Positions 50,058 to 64,000 of a stretch of 64,000 nucleotides of DNA are shown here, piece after piece. The DNA is from Trichoplax sp. H2. Its lineage: Eukaryota. Within the stretch, counting starts at the first letter, position 1. Each line of letters starts with the position of its first letter. The translations under genes were made by a program, and so were the position numbers. Under the pieces are notes generated by a model. That model did not search any database. It was given only the letters and a program-made list of their open reading frames with translations, and was not told the DNA's origin. The stretch is from positions 992,001 to 1,056,000 of the forward strand of contig NOWV01000001.1 in assembly GCA_003344405.1 (NCBI GenBank), in the 5' to 3' direction.

Positions 50058-50599
50058 ATCATTTTCTTTTCCATCTAACGGTACGGTACGGAATTCTGTA
50101 GCTGATTGATGCACTGTACTCTAATGTACTGTACGTTGTGTAGCAAACCCAAAGAACCCTGCCATGACCCTGCCCCCCCAAATCACCTTCAACTGAGTCC
50201 ATTACTACTGTGTACAGTACAGTGTGCAGTACATAGTACTGTAGCATGCAGAATCATATGTTGTGCTAACAAGCAGTGCAGTACCAGGGTGGGCATGCGA
50301 GTGACTGAGTCATCGACTGGTGCTGCCCTCTGGAACACTCCCATCTCTCTGGATACCTTTTTCATATTAGGGCTACGACTACAAGTTGCGAAAATTGAAT
50401 CTTAACAAGGCAGTACTGTACAGTACGACTGTTAGCAAATGTGCTTTTAATGTACTGCTTATTAAGTACTTCGACATCATTCCGTGATGATACAGTATTA
50501 AAAAAGATTAATTAATTCATTCTATCATCCAATTTATCCCGCTGTACCCTACGTGTAGATTAGTTACGATTGAAACTTGTCTGCAACAAGACATTCAAA

Positions 50600-53500
50600 A
50601 TGAGTGAAGTTAATGGACAAGATGTGTCGTCGTTAAATTTAAACACATTCAAGGAAGAGGTCGAGAAAGCTTTCACTAACGGTGACATGAAGAAAGAAGC
50701 AAAAACTTTCACTCAAGAATCTAAACCTGGTCTTCATAGTCAACATGATTCGATCGATTTAACCTTACCGGAAAAAAGTATATCCAAAACAAGCCACGAG
50801 CATGGCTATCAGTCATACCAGGACACGAGTAAGAAATTGGAGATATGTTTACTCTATACTGCTATACTCTATTCTACAGTATGATAACAGTACATGGTAG
50901 CTACGGAGATTGGATACTGTCCTTTCACTTATGCAATATACTGTATCTAATACTATGGAAAGGTGTAAACTCTTCTAGACAATCCCAAATGACCAAATAT
51001 TACTAGACTGCACTAGTAATAGCCTAGATTGTTCAATTCTATAACTTCAGGCATTAATTAAAGATTTGGATATTTAACTTGAAGGTGTAAAGCTAGAGAA
51101 TACGTCAATATTTATCTCTAGCATTCATTAATCATGACCGACTAATTTGCTCGAAACTCACTATCACTTATTAAGCGTACTATTGAGTTACAATCAGTTG
51201 CTATTATTTAATAATAATAATACAATAATAATATATACCAGACATTGGATAACGATAGTAGGTACTCCAAGGATTACTGTAATTAATGAATTCTTACTAT
51301 CAAATAACTTCGAATACGCCATCTATCTGTTGCCATATCCAAGTAATGTTTTATTGGTTTATATACGAGTATCTACCTTAATTTGGCCTTTATTTATTGA
51401 TATAAGCTAACTATTCTCCACCACCAATGGCTGCTGATTAATAGCTTTATTAGGCAAAGATACTATACTTTCTTGACCCATTCACGCCGTTAAAGATATA
51501 ATATAATAATTGGCAATGCAATTAGTGTACTCTTGTCCATAAAGGAGAAAAAAATAATGAAAAATTTGGATACTTTCACCGTTGTATTTAGTGCTAAATG
51601 ATACGATCACAGACGACTCATCTATACTGCGCTGCAATATACTGCAGGCAATGATGCTAATTATACTAATATGCTAGACAGTAACGTAAGAAAGTCAGTA
51701 AACTTAAAAAATCTTAACAAACTTGCAGTTATAACTGCGCTAGGATGATGTTAAATGTTACCAGCGTGCAATTAATTTAATTTAATCAGCCATATATACG
51801 CGAATGTAGAAATACTGCTAAAATATTCTATTTTTATAACTTCAAGGTACTAAAAGCCCTTGACGTTACAGTATTGAAATCTCTACTTAGCATCTGAATG
51901 TGATAGACATAGAATTACCTTATACCTTAATGTATTTTAATTATGATGGAGTGCATGATTTGGCTAGTATACCAAAAGATGTGAGAGCCGTGATCGGTAT
52001 TTAAGAATATACCAGCATACTGTACAGTATATGCCAAGTAAAGATTGTTTAAAATAATCAACAAAATAGCAGCATTTAATTAATGAATGAATACAAAGTA
52101 TAGAATATCTGATTTAATTGTAGTTGTTAGTCGTCTGATAGTTCATTAATCATGATTAGAAAAATTTAATTTTACATGCAAAATTTTAGTACACTTTTAA
52201 TAATTGAATGAGAATAATAGATTCCTAGTAATGTAAATATATTTCAACATGTTGATGATGCCTGCATCTTGAGTTGACGACTAGCTGACACCAGTTTAAT
52301 GAATTCTTCCAATTTACAGACTTCGCTCCGCCTCCGCCTTATGAAGTAGAAATGTCTGCACCATTAGCTAAACATGATACGGAAAGTGACCTGATCAATC
52401 CTTCATCGCCAGGACATGATAATTCTACTGTACCGGTTATATTTCCTGTTGAAAGTTTCTTTGAATTAGAAAGACGTGTTTACGTTGACTCTTGGTCAAT
52501 ACCGTACAAACCTACTGAAGCTTTAGGCAAATGTCTGATTGCTGCAACTAATTTAGCGTTAGAAGGTACTTCGAACGTCATAAATACTATACATGGCTCT
52601 TTATTACAGAGAAATTACTCAAAAAAAGCGAGATAACATTGCATGCTTTGTTATCGCGGTATCGCTAAAATATAACATTATGTACTAGCTTTGTTATTTA
52701 AACGTTATTTGACGATTATTTTGGCTACTTACGATACTGTATGGTACTTTAGGCAACGCTGAAGCCAATGATGACTGCGTTAGATTTATGACGCAAATGG
52801 TTCCTGATTGTGTCTCCAAGGTAAGAATGTTTCTGCAACACTACCTATGTAATTGGATAATACGTACTGTACTGTTAACTTATAATTCATGACCATTTTA
52901 TTAACCTACGCTGGTATACAGTATACATATAATTTTGAAAGTTAAATTATGACGGAAGACTTAGCATTGCCTCCTACTTACTATTGCAGTTTTTCCTTCT
53001 TTGTACTTTATTATCAAAATTCTGTTAATTATTGCCGTATTTTTTAAATGTACTGGAAATTGTTCTTATTGTAGTTCTATGTCTATCTTTTACTTATATT
53101 TTGTACAGTATATATATCTATGTATCACGTATATCATCAACTGGTAATGGTATTCGATTTTTAACCAAGATATAAAATTGATGTCTGTATTGAGATTTTC
53201 TTAAATTAATTTTACAATATAGCTTATAACATCAAATGCTGTCCAGCGTTGGAGTGAAGATGTTTATCGTGGTATATTTGACATGCTAGAAATGGTAGTA
53301 GATCTGATAGCTGCTAGATTGAAGAGTGGAACTATTCCTACAAAGCTTTTGGGGACGCTTACACAGGTATATATCTTCATCGCTTAGTTTCCTTAGGCAA
53401 ACTTTTTTCCGTAAAATTATTTATGCCTGCAATCGTGATATACGTGTGTTGTTATCTGTGATTAGTTAATCAGAGCTTTTAATACGTTTCATTTAACTCC

Positions 53501-56500
53501 AGATGCTAGATTTCAATACAGAGTATCACCGTATGAATGCTTCAAAAGCTTGGGATAGATCGCGTTATGAACAAGTATTCGGTTTTGATGAAGTTTATGC
53601 AGTTACTCCTCCTCCAGATGTGCACAAGGTATGAAACTAGTGTAGTAATATACGTACGCAATCTGCAATCTAGATACTTAGAGCAACTCATTTGTGACAT
53701 TTTTCTATAGAATTCGTATGGCTGGATCGTCAATCTTGTTAATCGGGTACACACTTCCCTCAATTTTAGCTTCACACTATAATTGATTGATTATGTCACC
53801 GAGTTCTACAGATGTCTATAGTTATTAAAGTCATATGCATTTTAATTGTTCGCTTTAGTTTGCAGAAAATAGTGGTTTCGAGTACCTCACTCAACAATTT
53901 GAGATGAATAGTGACCTTGATTCAGAGGTATTATCACTATTAATTTACTTCCTCGCAAGATTTATTCACTGATATTGCAAACAGGTTAAAAGTCATATTG
54001 TTTTAAAGATGATGGTTTCATTGTTACAACCGATGGCAGTTTGTGCTGAATTTCTAAACCCAAGACGAGTTCCTGTATGTAAAACGTATAAGTTAATGAA
54101 TGTAACCAATTGTATTTTGATTAGACTATAAACTATAAGTATATCTGTGCTACAGTGAGTTTTCGCTTATTTGATTTAGCCTTTGCTGCATCCCCTCATC
54201 AAAAGATGTACCGATTACGTTAAGGATATGAAAGATGATGATTTTAAAAAGACGGTAATGATTTTAACTTTATATCATGGTTATAGCCGAAAAATAGCTA
54301 GATACTATAGATTAGAGATCTCTGCGGAATCGTTACTGTAAATTCTCTTCCCTGAAAAATAGCGTTCTTTGTTGTTGTAATACTTATTGGAAAATTTTTA
54401 ATCAAATTTTGTTATAGTTTTAATATTTGATTACTTATTCTTAGAAACCATCGAATATATCGGATCTACTTATTGTCATTAAGCGCCTTTGTGTATACTT
54501 AATGCGTGAAGAACCGGATATTATTGATGATCTTCGATTAGATACAACCCTTCGCATGCTGAAAATACCCCACTTCAACACTAAAATGAACGGCCTCAAA
54601 GAAATCATCAGAATTTTGGAAGAGGCAGAGTCATCTTATTCTGATATGGTTGACAAGAATCCAATCAGTAAGGACAGGGTGTTAGAGTGGCTAAAGGTTA
54701 AAGAGGTTCTTTCCATAACCCTCGCAGGTTCATTCCATGAATAATCGATATTTTATGTAACAAAATATACATTATTATTTACGAAATGGCATAAAATTAT
54801 TTACCATAATTTAAATAGGTTATTTACATCAACATCAGTATTGCGATAAGTTAACAAAAATTCTAGAATTTTTTGGTCCGAATTTACCACTAGACACTTT
54901 ATCCGTAATATGGAAAGCGCAGGTTGGAATTGGCTTAATAGTTAAATATTTGTAATATTTGTAATAAATAGCTTATTCATGCAGCGTATTAGGACGTTCA
55001 TTAATGTTTGTGAGAGTGCACACAAATACTACTTGTAAACTCATTAAAGTTGATAAATGTGATATTTAAAATTTCATTCTACAGATTGGAAAGGGATCTC
55101 CGACAGTAGATAACATTCATAATTGCCTGGCAGCCGCTTCAATTCGATTTAGCAGTGATCAACTCGATCACTTGTTTAATTTGATACAACAAGTGCGTAA
55201 AATCTACTTTTTGATAAATGCTATTCAATAGTAACTAGTTTTACGTACATTTTTTAGACCTGGCGAACCGAGACCAATCAAAATCGTGAAAAACTTCTAA
55301 TACTGATTGGCAAAATTGGACAAGAAGCAAGAGTTGCAAGAATTGCGACAAAGGTTTGCAAGAATAGTTGATGCGATGGAACAATTTATGTAGAAATGAA
55401 ATGAAATACCTTATTCAACTTTTTTGCCTTACTAGGTGTTAGACTTGCTATGGAGTTTAGCTCATTTACCCACTTCAACGGCTGATATGGTAACACAGGC
55501 TTTGAAATCCCACATGGCCATTTTAAGCTACTCTTATTTAGTCAAAGAGAATATTAAGCAAGGATACGCTATTAAATGTATTGATGATATCAAAAAGGTT
55601 TGTTATTGCTACATTTTGACTATAAGTAAATTTTAATGAAGTGCTGATAAAAGTTTATCTTAAAATTAGAACTTATGGACTGTTCCTGCCCTAAAGCAAC
55701 TTCTCAAAATTTTAAAAGCAATGACTAAGCAAATTGTTATGCAAAGACAAGATCGTGTATGTTAGACATTTTCAAAAGCAAAATGTGATTTGTGAACATT
55801 TTACCGCTGTAACTACTGCTAAAATCATGCAAACGTACAACGTTTGATAATTTTGATAATTCTATGTCATAGGGTGTTATTCATGATCTTGAAAAATCAC
55901 ACGACGTCATAAAATTAATTACCACTAGTCTTGTAAAGTAGGTTATGTACATTTTGGTCTTTATCTATAATAGTATATGTCTTGGATTTTTTCCAAAAAA
56001 ATTTGTAAAACACATTTTCGTGTGGCCGCAATTTAAAACTTGTGCGCAATGATATTATTACCATAGATGTCACCGTGCAGCTGTTTCTGCGTCTGGTGGT
56101 ACTGGTTTAGGTATGTTACTGAGATAAAGTTATCGTTTATTAATATTTGTATATTATTTCCCCGTAAGATAATCCCATCAATTTTTGATTTCTCTTACCC
56201 TAGATGAGAATACAAAAATAGATAGCCGATATGCGTATGCTGAGGTAATATTTATTAAATTTTTCTGATATTTGTTATTTATTCTGGCACAAGTTAATAT
56301 TGGAGATATAAACAGGATATTTTATTTTCTGCTGTCATCTTGTAGTACCTCAACTCTCATCTAGATCTGCTTTCATTTATATTGAATTGCACAAACATCT
56401 GCCTTCATTGGCATCGAGCACGTGATATATGGAATTGTTTGGAGTCTGATCCTGATGCTTGCAACTTAGATAGAGAAGTAAACACCCGAATCTGCATTAA

Positions 56501-59500
56501 TGCATTGTCGCAAACAAAATGATAACGCGTCATAAAAAATCTTACCCATTATATCCATTTGTAATTTCATTTATAAGACCTGCTTTGATTGGTTCATTAC
56601 ACATATTGGCGATCTAGAAGATGAAGCTAAATCGACGATTTTTAATCATCTCATTCAAAAACTTAGTCCCTCGAAATTAACTGTTAAAGGTTAAATTATA
56701 TGCCTAGCTCATATTTTACAAGAAATTCAGCATCTTCGCTAATACCTCATATTTTAATTGCTTTTTGTAGGTTTTGAATGCTTTAAAACTTATTTTGAAT
56801 GCATAAACCAGAACGAACACAAACTTAAATGTCCAGTCCCATTTGTGAGTGTTGAATTTAACAGAATTATCATTAATATCTAAATTAATAACCATTGTTA
56901 ACTATTTATCAGATCGTGGAAAAAATTGACCTTACTGGCATAAGCTATCTATGGCAGGTAACACAATAAAAGCGAAATGAAATCTATGCCGCGATAATAC
57001 TTATAAACTAAATTTAATGGTATCGGTTTAGATCGTTCTACAAGTGTCAAATGAAGAAGTTGCCAATGAAGCTATCAATTACTTTATTCAGATAACCTGC
57101 ACAAATGTTTCTTACAAGCTAAAAAAAGTAAACCTTTATTTTCTGTTACTATATAGCGTATTGGTCTGTGCATTATAACGCTTTGATCAATTTTTAGGAT
57201 ATTGGTGGACTTCATAAAAAATTTATAGCAGAATTTCAAAAGCGTCTTGAGGTATTTTTGAAGTCAACACTTTCTTAATTGCAATTTAAATAGTTAATTA
57301 ATATTAACTTTTTTTACTTATTATTAGGACGGCATTGCAATATTAAAGCAATCGAAAGTGGCCCATGCTGTTTCTTTAACTGCTGCTATGGTAACAGCGC
57401 CTGCATTTCCTGAATCTGCTGTAAAAGGAAGCAAAAGGTTATCGTCTATCGTTTGACTAATTAACTATGAACCTATTCTCATCATTAGCTGTCGAATTCA
57501 TTCGTTATCATACTATAGACAAGCTAAAGTCTTAAGTGTAGAGCGTTTGTTACTACTTGCCGAGAAGTACATTGTATCTGCTGAGGTAATTGTTACAGAC
57601 CTTATAAGAGTTGTCATAGTACTACATGAATATTGGAAATGATATGTCACTGTACCTATTTTAAACTTTAGGAATCTTTTCCTATCCATAAAAGACAATT
57701 TGTTCCTCATGGAGTGTCGTTTCATGATCACCCAATGAAACTACATGTAACTTGTGATAGCCATAAAGCGGAGTTTACCGTTGAGGTTAGAAACACTTCA
57801 ACGATAGAACGTTTTTGATAAAATCTTACCCCTCAGGGTTGTTATTTTGTAGGTCTTTACCAACGAGACGTTGTACTCTCTCCGTAGCAAGTTAGCATCA
57901 AAATTAAATTATTCGATAGATCATATCCAACTAATTTATCAAGAACGTTTGGTAAACTTTCTTTCAGCTGTTTTGTCATAAATTAAACTAACTCTATTTT
58001 ACAGATATGCTAATTTTATGTTTCAGTTAAATACTACCAAAGATCACAAGCTGTTACAACATTTAGGATTTACTAATGAACAACATATTAAAGTGAGAAC
58101 GTATACAGCTACCGCTGCACCACCTCCTTATTCCAATGACGACGTAAGAAATGACTAATCACGAAACTTGATTCATCAGTAGATAATTACAATGGTATAT
58201 AGAGTCTTCAAATTTTACGTAACTTTTACTTCTAGGAAAGTTGCTTACCGAGTGTTATTATTTCCTCGAACCATGACATATTCCAAAAACTTTATCAATT
58301 GACTGAGCTTGGTGAACCTAAGTACGCTTGTAGACACACACTCACATAAAGCATTAATCTATTTTGCCTATTCTAACTTCAAATCATTAGTCATTTATTA
58401 TTATTTATAGTATAAAAGTAGCTAATACATGTCAATAATATATAATTATACATAATTAGTAAGCCTCTATTTTCTATAGTAACTTATGTTTACTTTTACT
58501 GTTATAGCATTACAGATAGGATGGTTAGCCTAATAATGCTGATTCCAACCGATATGTCTGTTCTAAAAGCTTTGGATTCTATTACGAAAGTAAGTTGTTA
58601 AAAGTTGCTTTCTTGTACTTAAGAATAACCCAATTCAATAGAAGTGAATTTGTATTTTACTAGAAGAATACAAGTGCAAGCATAAAGAATAATAATTCCA
58701 GTGGAACAGACAAGTCCGATGCTATATCTTCCTCAATGGCCCAATTTAGCAATCTTTTTAAATATAATGCTCCTGGAATGTCAGCTTTCCGCGTTCGCTA
58801 TAATCTAGAGGTATGTCTATCATCCTATATATTCGCTAAATTATGGTAACAAAAGTCACGCTACACTGTAGTGCTATAAGACCAATTACTTTAATATGAC
58901 ATAACTTGTAATTGAAAATCTAGGCTCTCAGTGGGAAATTAATGCCGGTAAAAAGCGAAGAAAGAGATTCAAAAGCTGATATTTTTACAGAAAATTTCTT
59001 TAACGATTATGGTCTTGAGTACGTATCTACCCTTTACATTTGGTTATATAGCTTTTGGTAAATTAACTTTCTGGTTCACTTTAAAGTAATCTTTTTTTCT
59101 GTAGGATGGTTACAAACGTTCTTAAACCGGAAAGCTTGCCAAACGATACTGAACATACCGTTAGACAAGGCTGCTATATGCTTGCTGTGAGAATCACTTG
59201 TTTTATGCTAACTGGCAGAATACCTCCCGCTGTCTGTACAAACATCGACGATGAACGTGGTTTGGTGTTACATACTGATGAAAATAAAACACAAGACACA
59301 AGTTTGAATCAGAATGAGATTGAAGCTGCAGTCGCTAAAAATATTATAAAGGTCTCCTTAGAAACAATATGTGGACCTTCAAGGATTGAAGTAATACTCT
59401 CTAAATGCTTTTATATGCCAAGCTCTTTTATATATAACTAAATAACGAATCATTAATGAGCGATATATTTTTCGATCTAGAAATTTAATCATGACCTCTT

Positions 59501-62500
59501 TAAGAAAATCGGAATAAATCTGATACGAATTATCAAGATTGTTGCTGCGGTTAAGGCAAAGCCTGGTCATTTAGTTTTGCCGACAACTTCGAACCTTGAT
59601 AATACTCAAACTGAAGATGTTTCTGAGCGATTACAAAAGTCAATTTTAAACGATTTTAAGGTGCGCTAAGAAAAAATTTTTCAAATAATGATGAAATGAC
59701 TCAGGATATAACAATAGCACGATAACATATTAAATTTTGAACGCCGATTAGGATGCTATGATAGCTCACGAAGCCTTGGCATTTTTGGTCATGTGCCTAT
59801 CACAACGCTTCGATTTTATCAGTAAGATGAAGTATAAAGTATTGCCTCGAATTATTGTAAGTTAAATTAATGCATTTTTGATTTTAACACAGAAACTTTC
59901 CTTGGATTCGCCGACATCGATAACTTAGTTCTCTCAGCGCTTTTGGAATCCCCAAATAGTCAGGTCTGATAAATGAGATTTAAGAGAATATTAATGCAAA
60001 TTGAATTAAATTATCTCGTGCATAGCTGAGTTTTTATAATAAACACATCCATAGATACGGTCCGTAACTGCTTACCATTTATATTCAATGAGCAACAACA
60101 TTCCGCTTCACGGTAATGTTGATTTGGTTATTGCATTTAGAAATTAAAGCATATTGACAAAGCAAAGTTAACTATTTATTATACTTATATAGGAAAATCT
60201 ACAGAAATTAATTTACTATATGATGCACTAGTTAATGCTATTATCAAAACTCGTGTGCCTTTTTGGTCAACAAATGCACAATTGAGAGGCTCTAACGCAA
60301 AGTATCACATTTTAATTTATTGATTTCCATCCCTAGTTGTTTATATCTGAATCTAATTAATTCCACTCTTACAATTTAAGCCTACCTGAACATTGCTCAC
60401 AGTATTTCGCTTTACGCTGCAAGTTGTTATATAAGATGTCGTTATCAACACAGAAGCGTCTTAAAGTTGATCCTAAAGACATGTTGCTACAGGAGACTAT
60501 TTGGCTTGGAAGTACTAGCCTTACTGATAGCACAGGTTAATCTAGAATACTGTTTTATGTATAGTATAATAGTTTTATTATATTTCATAGTAAAATATAA
60601 TTTGTAATATTATGATTATAATTAATTCTACCTTAGGAGAAGGACCAAAGCGGCTATTAACTGGTCATTTACAGCTAACCAAGACACTCTTGACTTGTGA
60701 AGGCTTAAATAAGCAGACTTTTGGTATATTTATTACTCGTCTCATGGAAGCTTTTTGTTCGCTTTTGACAAGGAATTATTTTTAAATATAGGCGAGAAAC
60801 TAATTCCCAATCTGATTGATAACTTCCTCTTTCCGGCATCAAACGCAATGCTACAGTACAAAAAGAATAACAATTCAGTAGTCGAGAGCATCAGTCCTAT
60901 GTTAGCATACGCATAGATTTTTATTTTATGTCAAAGGTTTCAATTTTTACTGATTGTTCTATCATATTGTTGTAGATGCACAACTTCATGGACTTTGCTA
61001 CATACCTATGATGTTCTTAATGTGCTAGCGACTGAATCTATCGAGAACTTAAGCAATATTGTATCACGACTAATTGAAATGCATCATACTGCCGATCCTG
61101 AATTATCGAAAGTCTGGAATGTTAGTCTACTTAATGTCAATTTTACGCTTTTAAAATATTTAGGAAACATATAATTAATAATAACAGATTTAGCGCTTAC
61201 AGTCAATATGGGATATTAATGCTACAAAGGCTTGAAATAATGATACTACTAACAATTGTCTTAAACTCAATTTAGTATCAACCTCCTATAGCGCCAATAG
61301 CGGACTGCGGACTTGTTGGATTAAAAAATGCTGGTGCAACATGTTATATGAATTCTGTGATACAGCAATTATATTTTCAACCTGGAATAGCTGAGGTAAA
61401 TTCTTGCTGATGTCTAAATCATAACTGTACAATATGTTATATTTCTCATTGGATGATATTATATCAGACCGTTTTAAGCGTCGATGAAGAGACTTTCAAG
61501 GATAGCAGGTAAAATTGTAAAGTAAATTTCTTGCGATATGACTAATCCGCTCAGCTCGAACACAATCTAATGCAGCGTATTTAATTGTCAACAATGCTAG
61601 CGACGGAAATATCTTGTATGCTATGCAGCTACTTTTTGGGCATTTAATGGAAAGCAAACTCCAATATTATACACCAGATCATCTATGGAAGAATTTTAAG
61701 CTGTGGGGTAGACCTATTAATTTACATGAACAGCAGGTAAATTTCTATATTTATGATCACTAATTCGATTAGGGAGAAAATCCGATTGGTAAAGCAAAAT
61801 GCGTTGACTGTTGTGTTAGGATGCATTTGAATTCTTTGTTAACTTGGTTGATCAAATGGATGAACAGCTTAAGCAAGCAAACTGCAATCAAATTTTTAAA
61901 GAGACCTTTTGTGGAAATTTGACCAATCAAGTCGTTTGTAAAGATTGCCCACATAAGTATATTGATAAGCTAATCATTTTAGCTGTAGCACAAGTCTTCA
62001 ATATTTCCTATGTCTAAAGTGAAACTACTATTATAGAGATCGATTTGAAGTTGGATGGCATAATTGCACGTATTGTTATATTTAGATATGAGCGTGTTGA
62101 ACAATTTTGGACTTTAAACCTTGGAGTAAAGTGTCGTACTCTTCAGGAATCACTTGAGCAATATGTCAAAGGAGAATTACTAGAAGGCGATAACGCGTAC
62201 ATGTGTGAAGAATGTCAATCAAAGGTATTCAGTCTACCGTTATCAAATTTGCATGATTAGCTTTTAGCTGAGTAAAACCCTAATTATAACTATAGAGAAA
62301 CGCAATAAAGCGACTATGTATCAAGACGTTACCGCCAACGTTAGTAGTTCAACTGAAAAGATTCGATTATGATTGGGAAATCGGAAGACCAATCAAATTT
62401 GATGATTATTTTGAGGTATTTAATTTAGTTATTGGCCTTTATTAAATACGTGTGCGTATATAGTACCGACAGTAAAATCTATCATTAATTATTCATGAAG

Positions 62501-64000
62501 TTTCCTTGGGTCTTAAATATGGAGCCGTATACTCTTGACGGAATAATCTCTCGTGAAAAGAGTCCCCATGTACAGGAAGACGATGCGAACAGTGATACAA
62601 GTAGTACTGATAGCAATAGTTTGCCATCTCAAAGGCCGAAGAATTATGAATTGGCTGGTGTGGTCGTTCATAGTGGTCAGGCGAATGCAGGACATTATTA
62701 TTCATTTGTTAAGGATCGCCGGTAGGACAAAGACTTGCTTTATATCATTTCATTGTGATATATACTTCTGCATAAGTTATAGGCTGTAGAATATTGAAAT
62801 AATTTCCAACTCTTCTCTAGAACTCAAATTTGGTATAAGATGAACGATATGACCGTTGAAGAATTTAATATGTCAGCGGCAACATTAGAATCTGAGTGTT
62901 TCGGTGGAAGTTATCAGCCGAAGAGCAATGACGCATGTAAGATGTCTATGAAAATTGTAGCGATTTTTCAACATGATAACAGGATATTGCCATATAATTT
63001 ATAGATCCTTCCTATCAAGATATACGTCATGCTAACAAATATTGGAGTGGATACATGTTATTCTATGACGCGGTAACAGATTACGGCAATGACAAATTAA
63101 TGCTATCTAGATCTTTGGATAGCCGGTCTGAGGGTGCTCGGTTCGTACGCAGTGTTCATAGCTAAGTGGTCGTCTGAACATATTAGTTTAAAATTGCTAA
63201 GACATGTACTTTATATTTTAGGTCCGATTCTTCTGTTCCAGATTCTCCATCCTCTCTAAATCTTGCTAATGACGGATTTAGTCAATTAGCTGCACTAGTT
63301 CAGCGAGGGGAAAGGAAGGGGCTATTCATGAACAAGATGCCTGCAAGCATTCAGAGAATCGTAATAACTGATAACCTGATACTAAAGTGTTCACTTTAGT
63401 TAAATCTATTTTCTATAGAAATTAAAGTCATTACTGATGTTAGTGAAAGTTTAGAAATATATATTTTTGGGTTCTTTGCAGGTACATGAGGAAAACTTAC
63501 ATTTCATGAGAAATCAATCAATATACAACTCAAACTATTTTAAATTCATTCTTAGTTTAACATCATGCAATTTTGTAAGCAATCATGAAAGCTAAATGTT
63601 GTTTCTTCTTTCCACTTGTGCTTTAAATTTATTATATTTTTTCTGTTATTGAAGAGCACAAATGACATGTCTTCTGGATTAGTTGTCTGGAGCCTTAAAT
63701 TGGCAGTTAATTTTCTTGTGAATACTTACTTCAAAGTTAGAGAAGAACTTAGGTAAGATATGAAGTTATTTAGTGTTGAATAACCTATGTATTGTAAAAG
63801 CAGTTTATCAGTCTTTTCATTACAATTATTGTTAAATTAAGTATTACGTTTGTTCAATATAAAAATGTATTATTTCGTGCAGAAATTGTCAGTTGGAATG
63901 GAATAACTGCATGGAGAAATTAATCACGGCTTGTGATGAATCCTGTTTATGGTTTCTTTCTTATTTAAGTGATGGATATGGCGAAACTTGCCTGAAGTAT
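50600..64000 (+). CDS. USP24: Ubiquitin carboxyl-terminal hydrolase 24 (USP9X/24/34 family), 3'-partial, many short exons
   Basis: ATG at 50600; exon 1 ends at 50828 and splices to 52320 (NFAPPPPYE...[36 protein letters not shown], the USP24-type motif). An internal Ubl-like segment lies at about 57730-58100. The Cys box [21 protein letters not shown] is at about 61310, followed by HEQQDAFEF, and the His box [21 protein letters not shown] is at about 62660. The gene continues past the window end. Confidence 0.93.

Overview
This is AT-rich eukaryotic DNA with many short GT-AG introns. The compact layout and the metazoan-type gene set suggest an early-branching animal, most likely the placozoan Trichoplax; this is inferred, not proven. 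I reconstructed nine protein-coding genes by hand-splicing: an uncharacterised type-I membrane beta-helix protein with a 3.46-kb exon (-), RPS12 (+), DNA2 (-), LRRC41 (+), TXNDC15 (-), TRIP4/ASC-1 (-), EEF1E1/AIMP3 (+), intronless JUN (-) and USP24 (+, running off the window end). TXNDC15 is partly duplicated across an N-gap. The main observations are: a box C/D snoRNA in an RPS12 intron carrying a SNORD100-type 18S guide plus a second 18S-complementary element; (ACAGT/ACTGT)n tracts that cluster at gene starts; a perfect 21-bp-arm palindrome upstream of USP24; a PIP box and E2F sites at DNA2; a JUN lacking the Fbw7 phosphodegron and flanked by CRE/AP-1-rich gene-free regions; and JUN-USP24-LRRC41 linkage matching human 1p. 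I found no CRISPR array, rRNA, tRNA or recognisable transposase. Exon boundaries are manual and may be off by a few bases. Comparisons with human sequences are from memory, not database searches.
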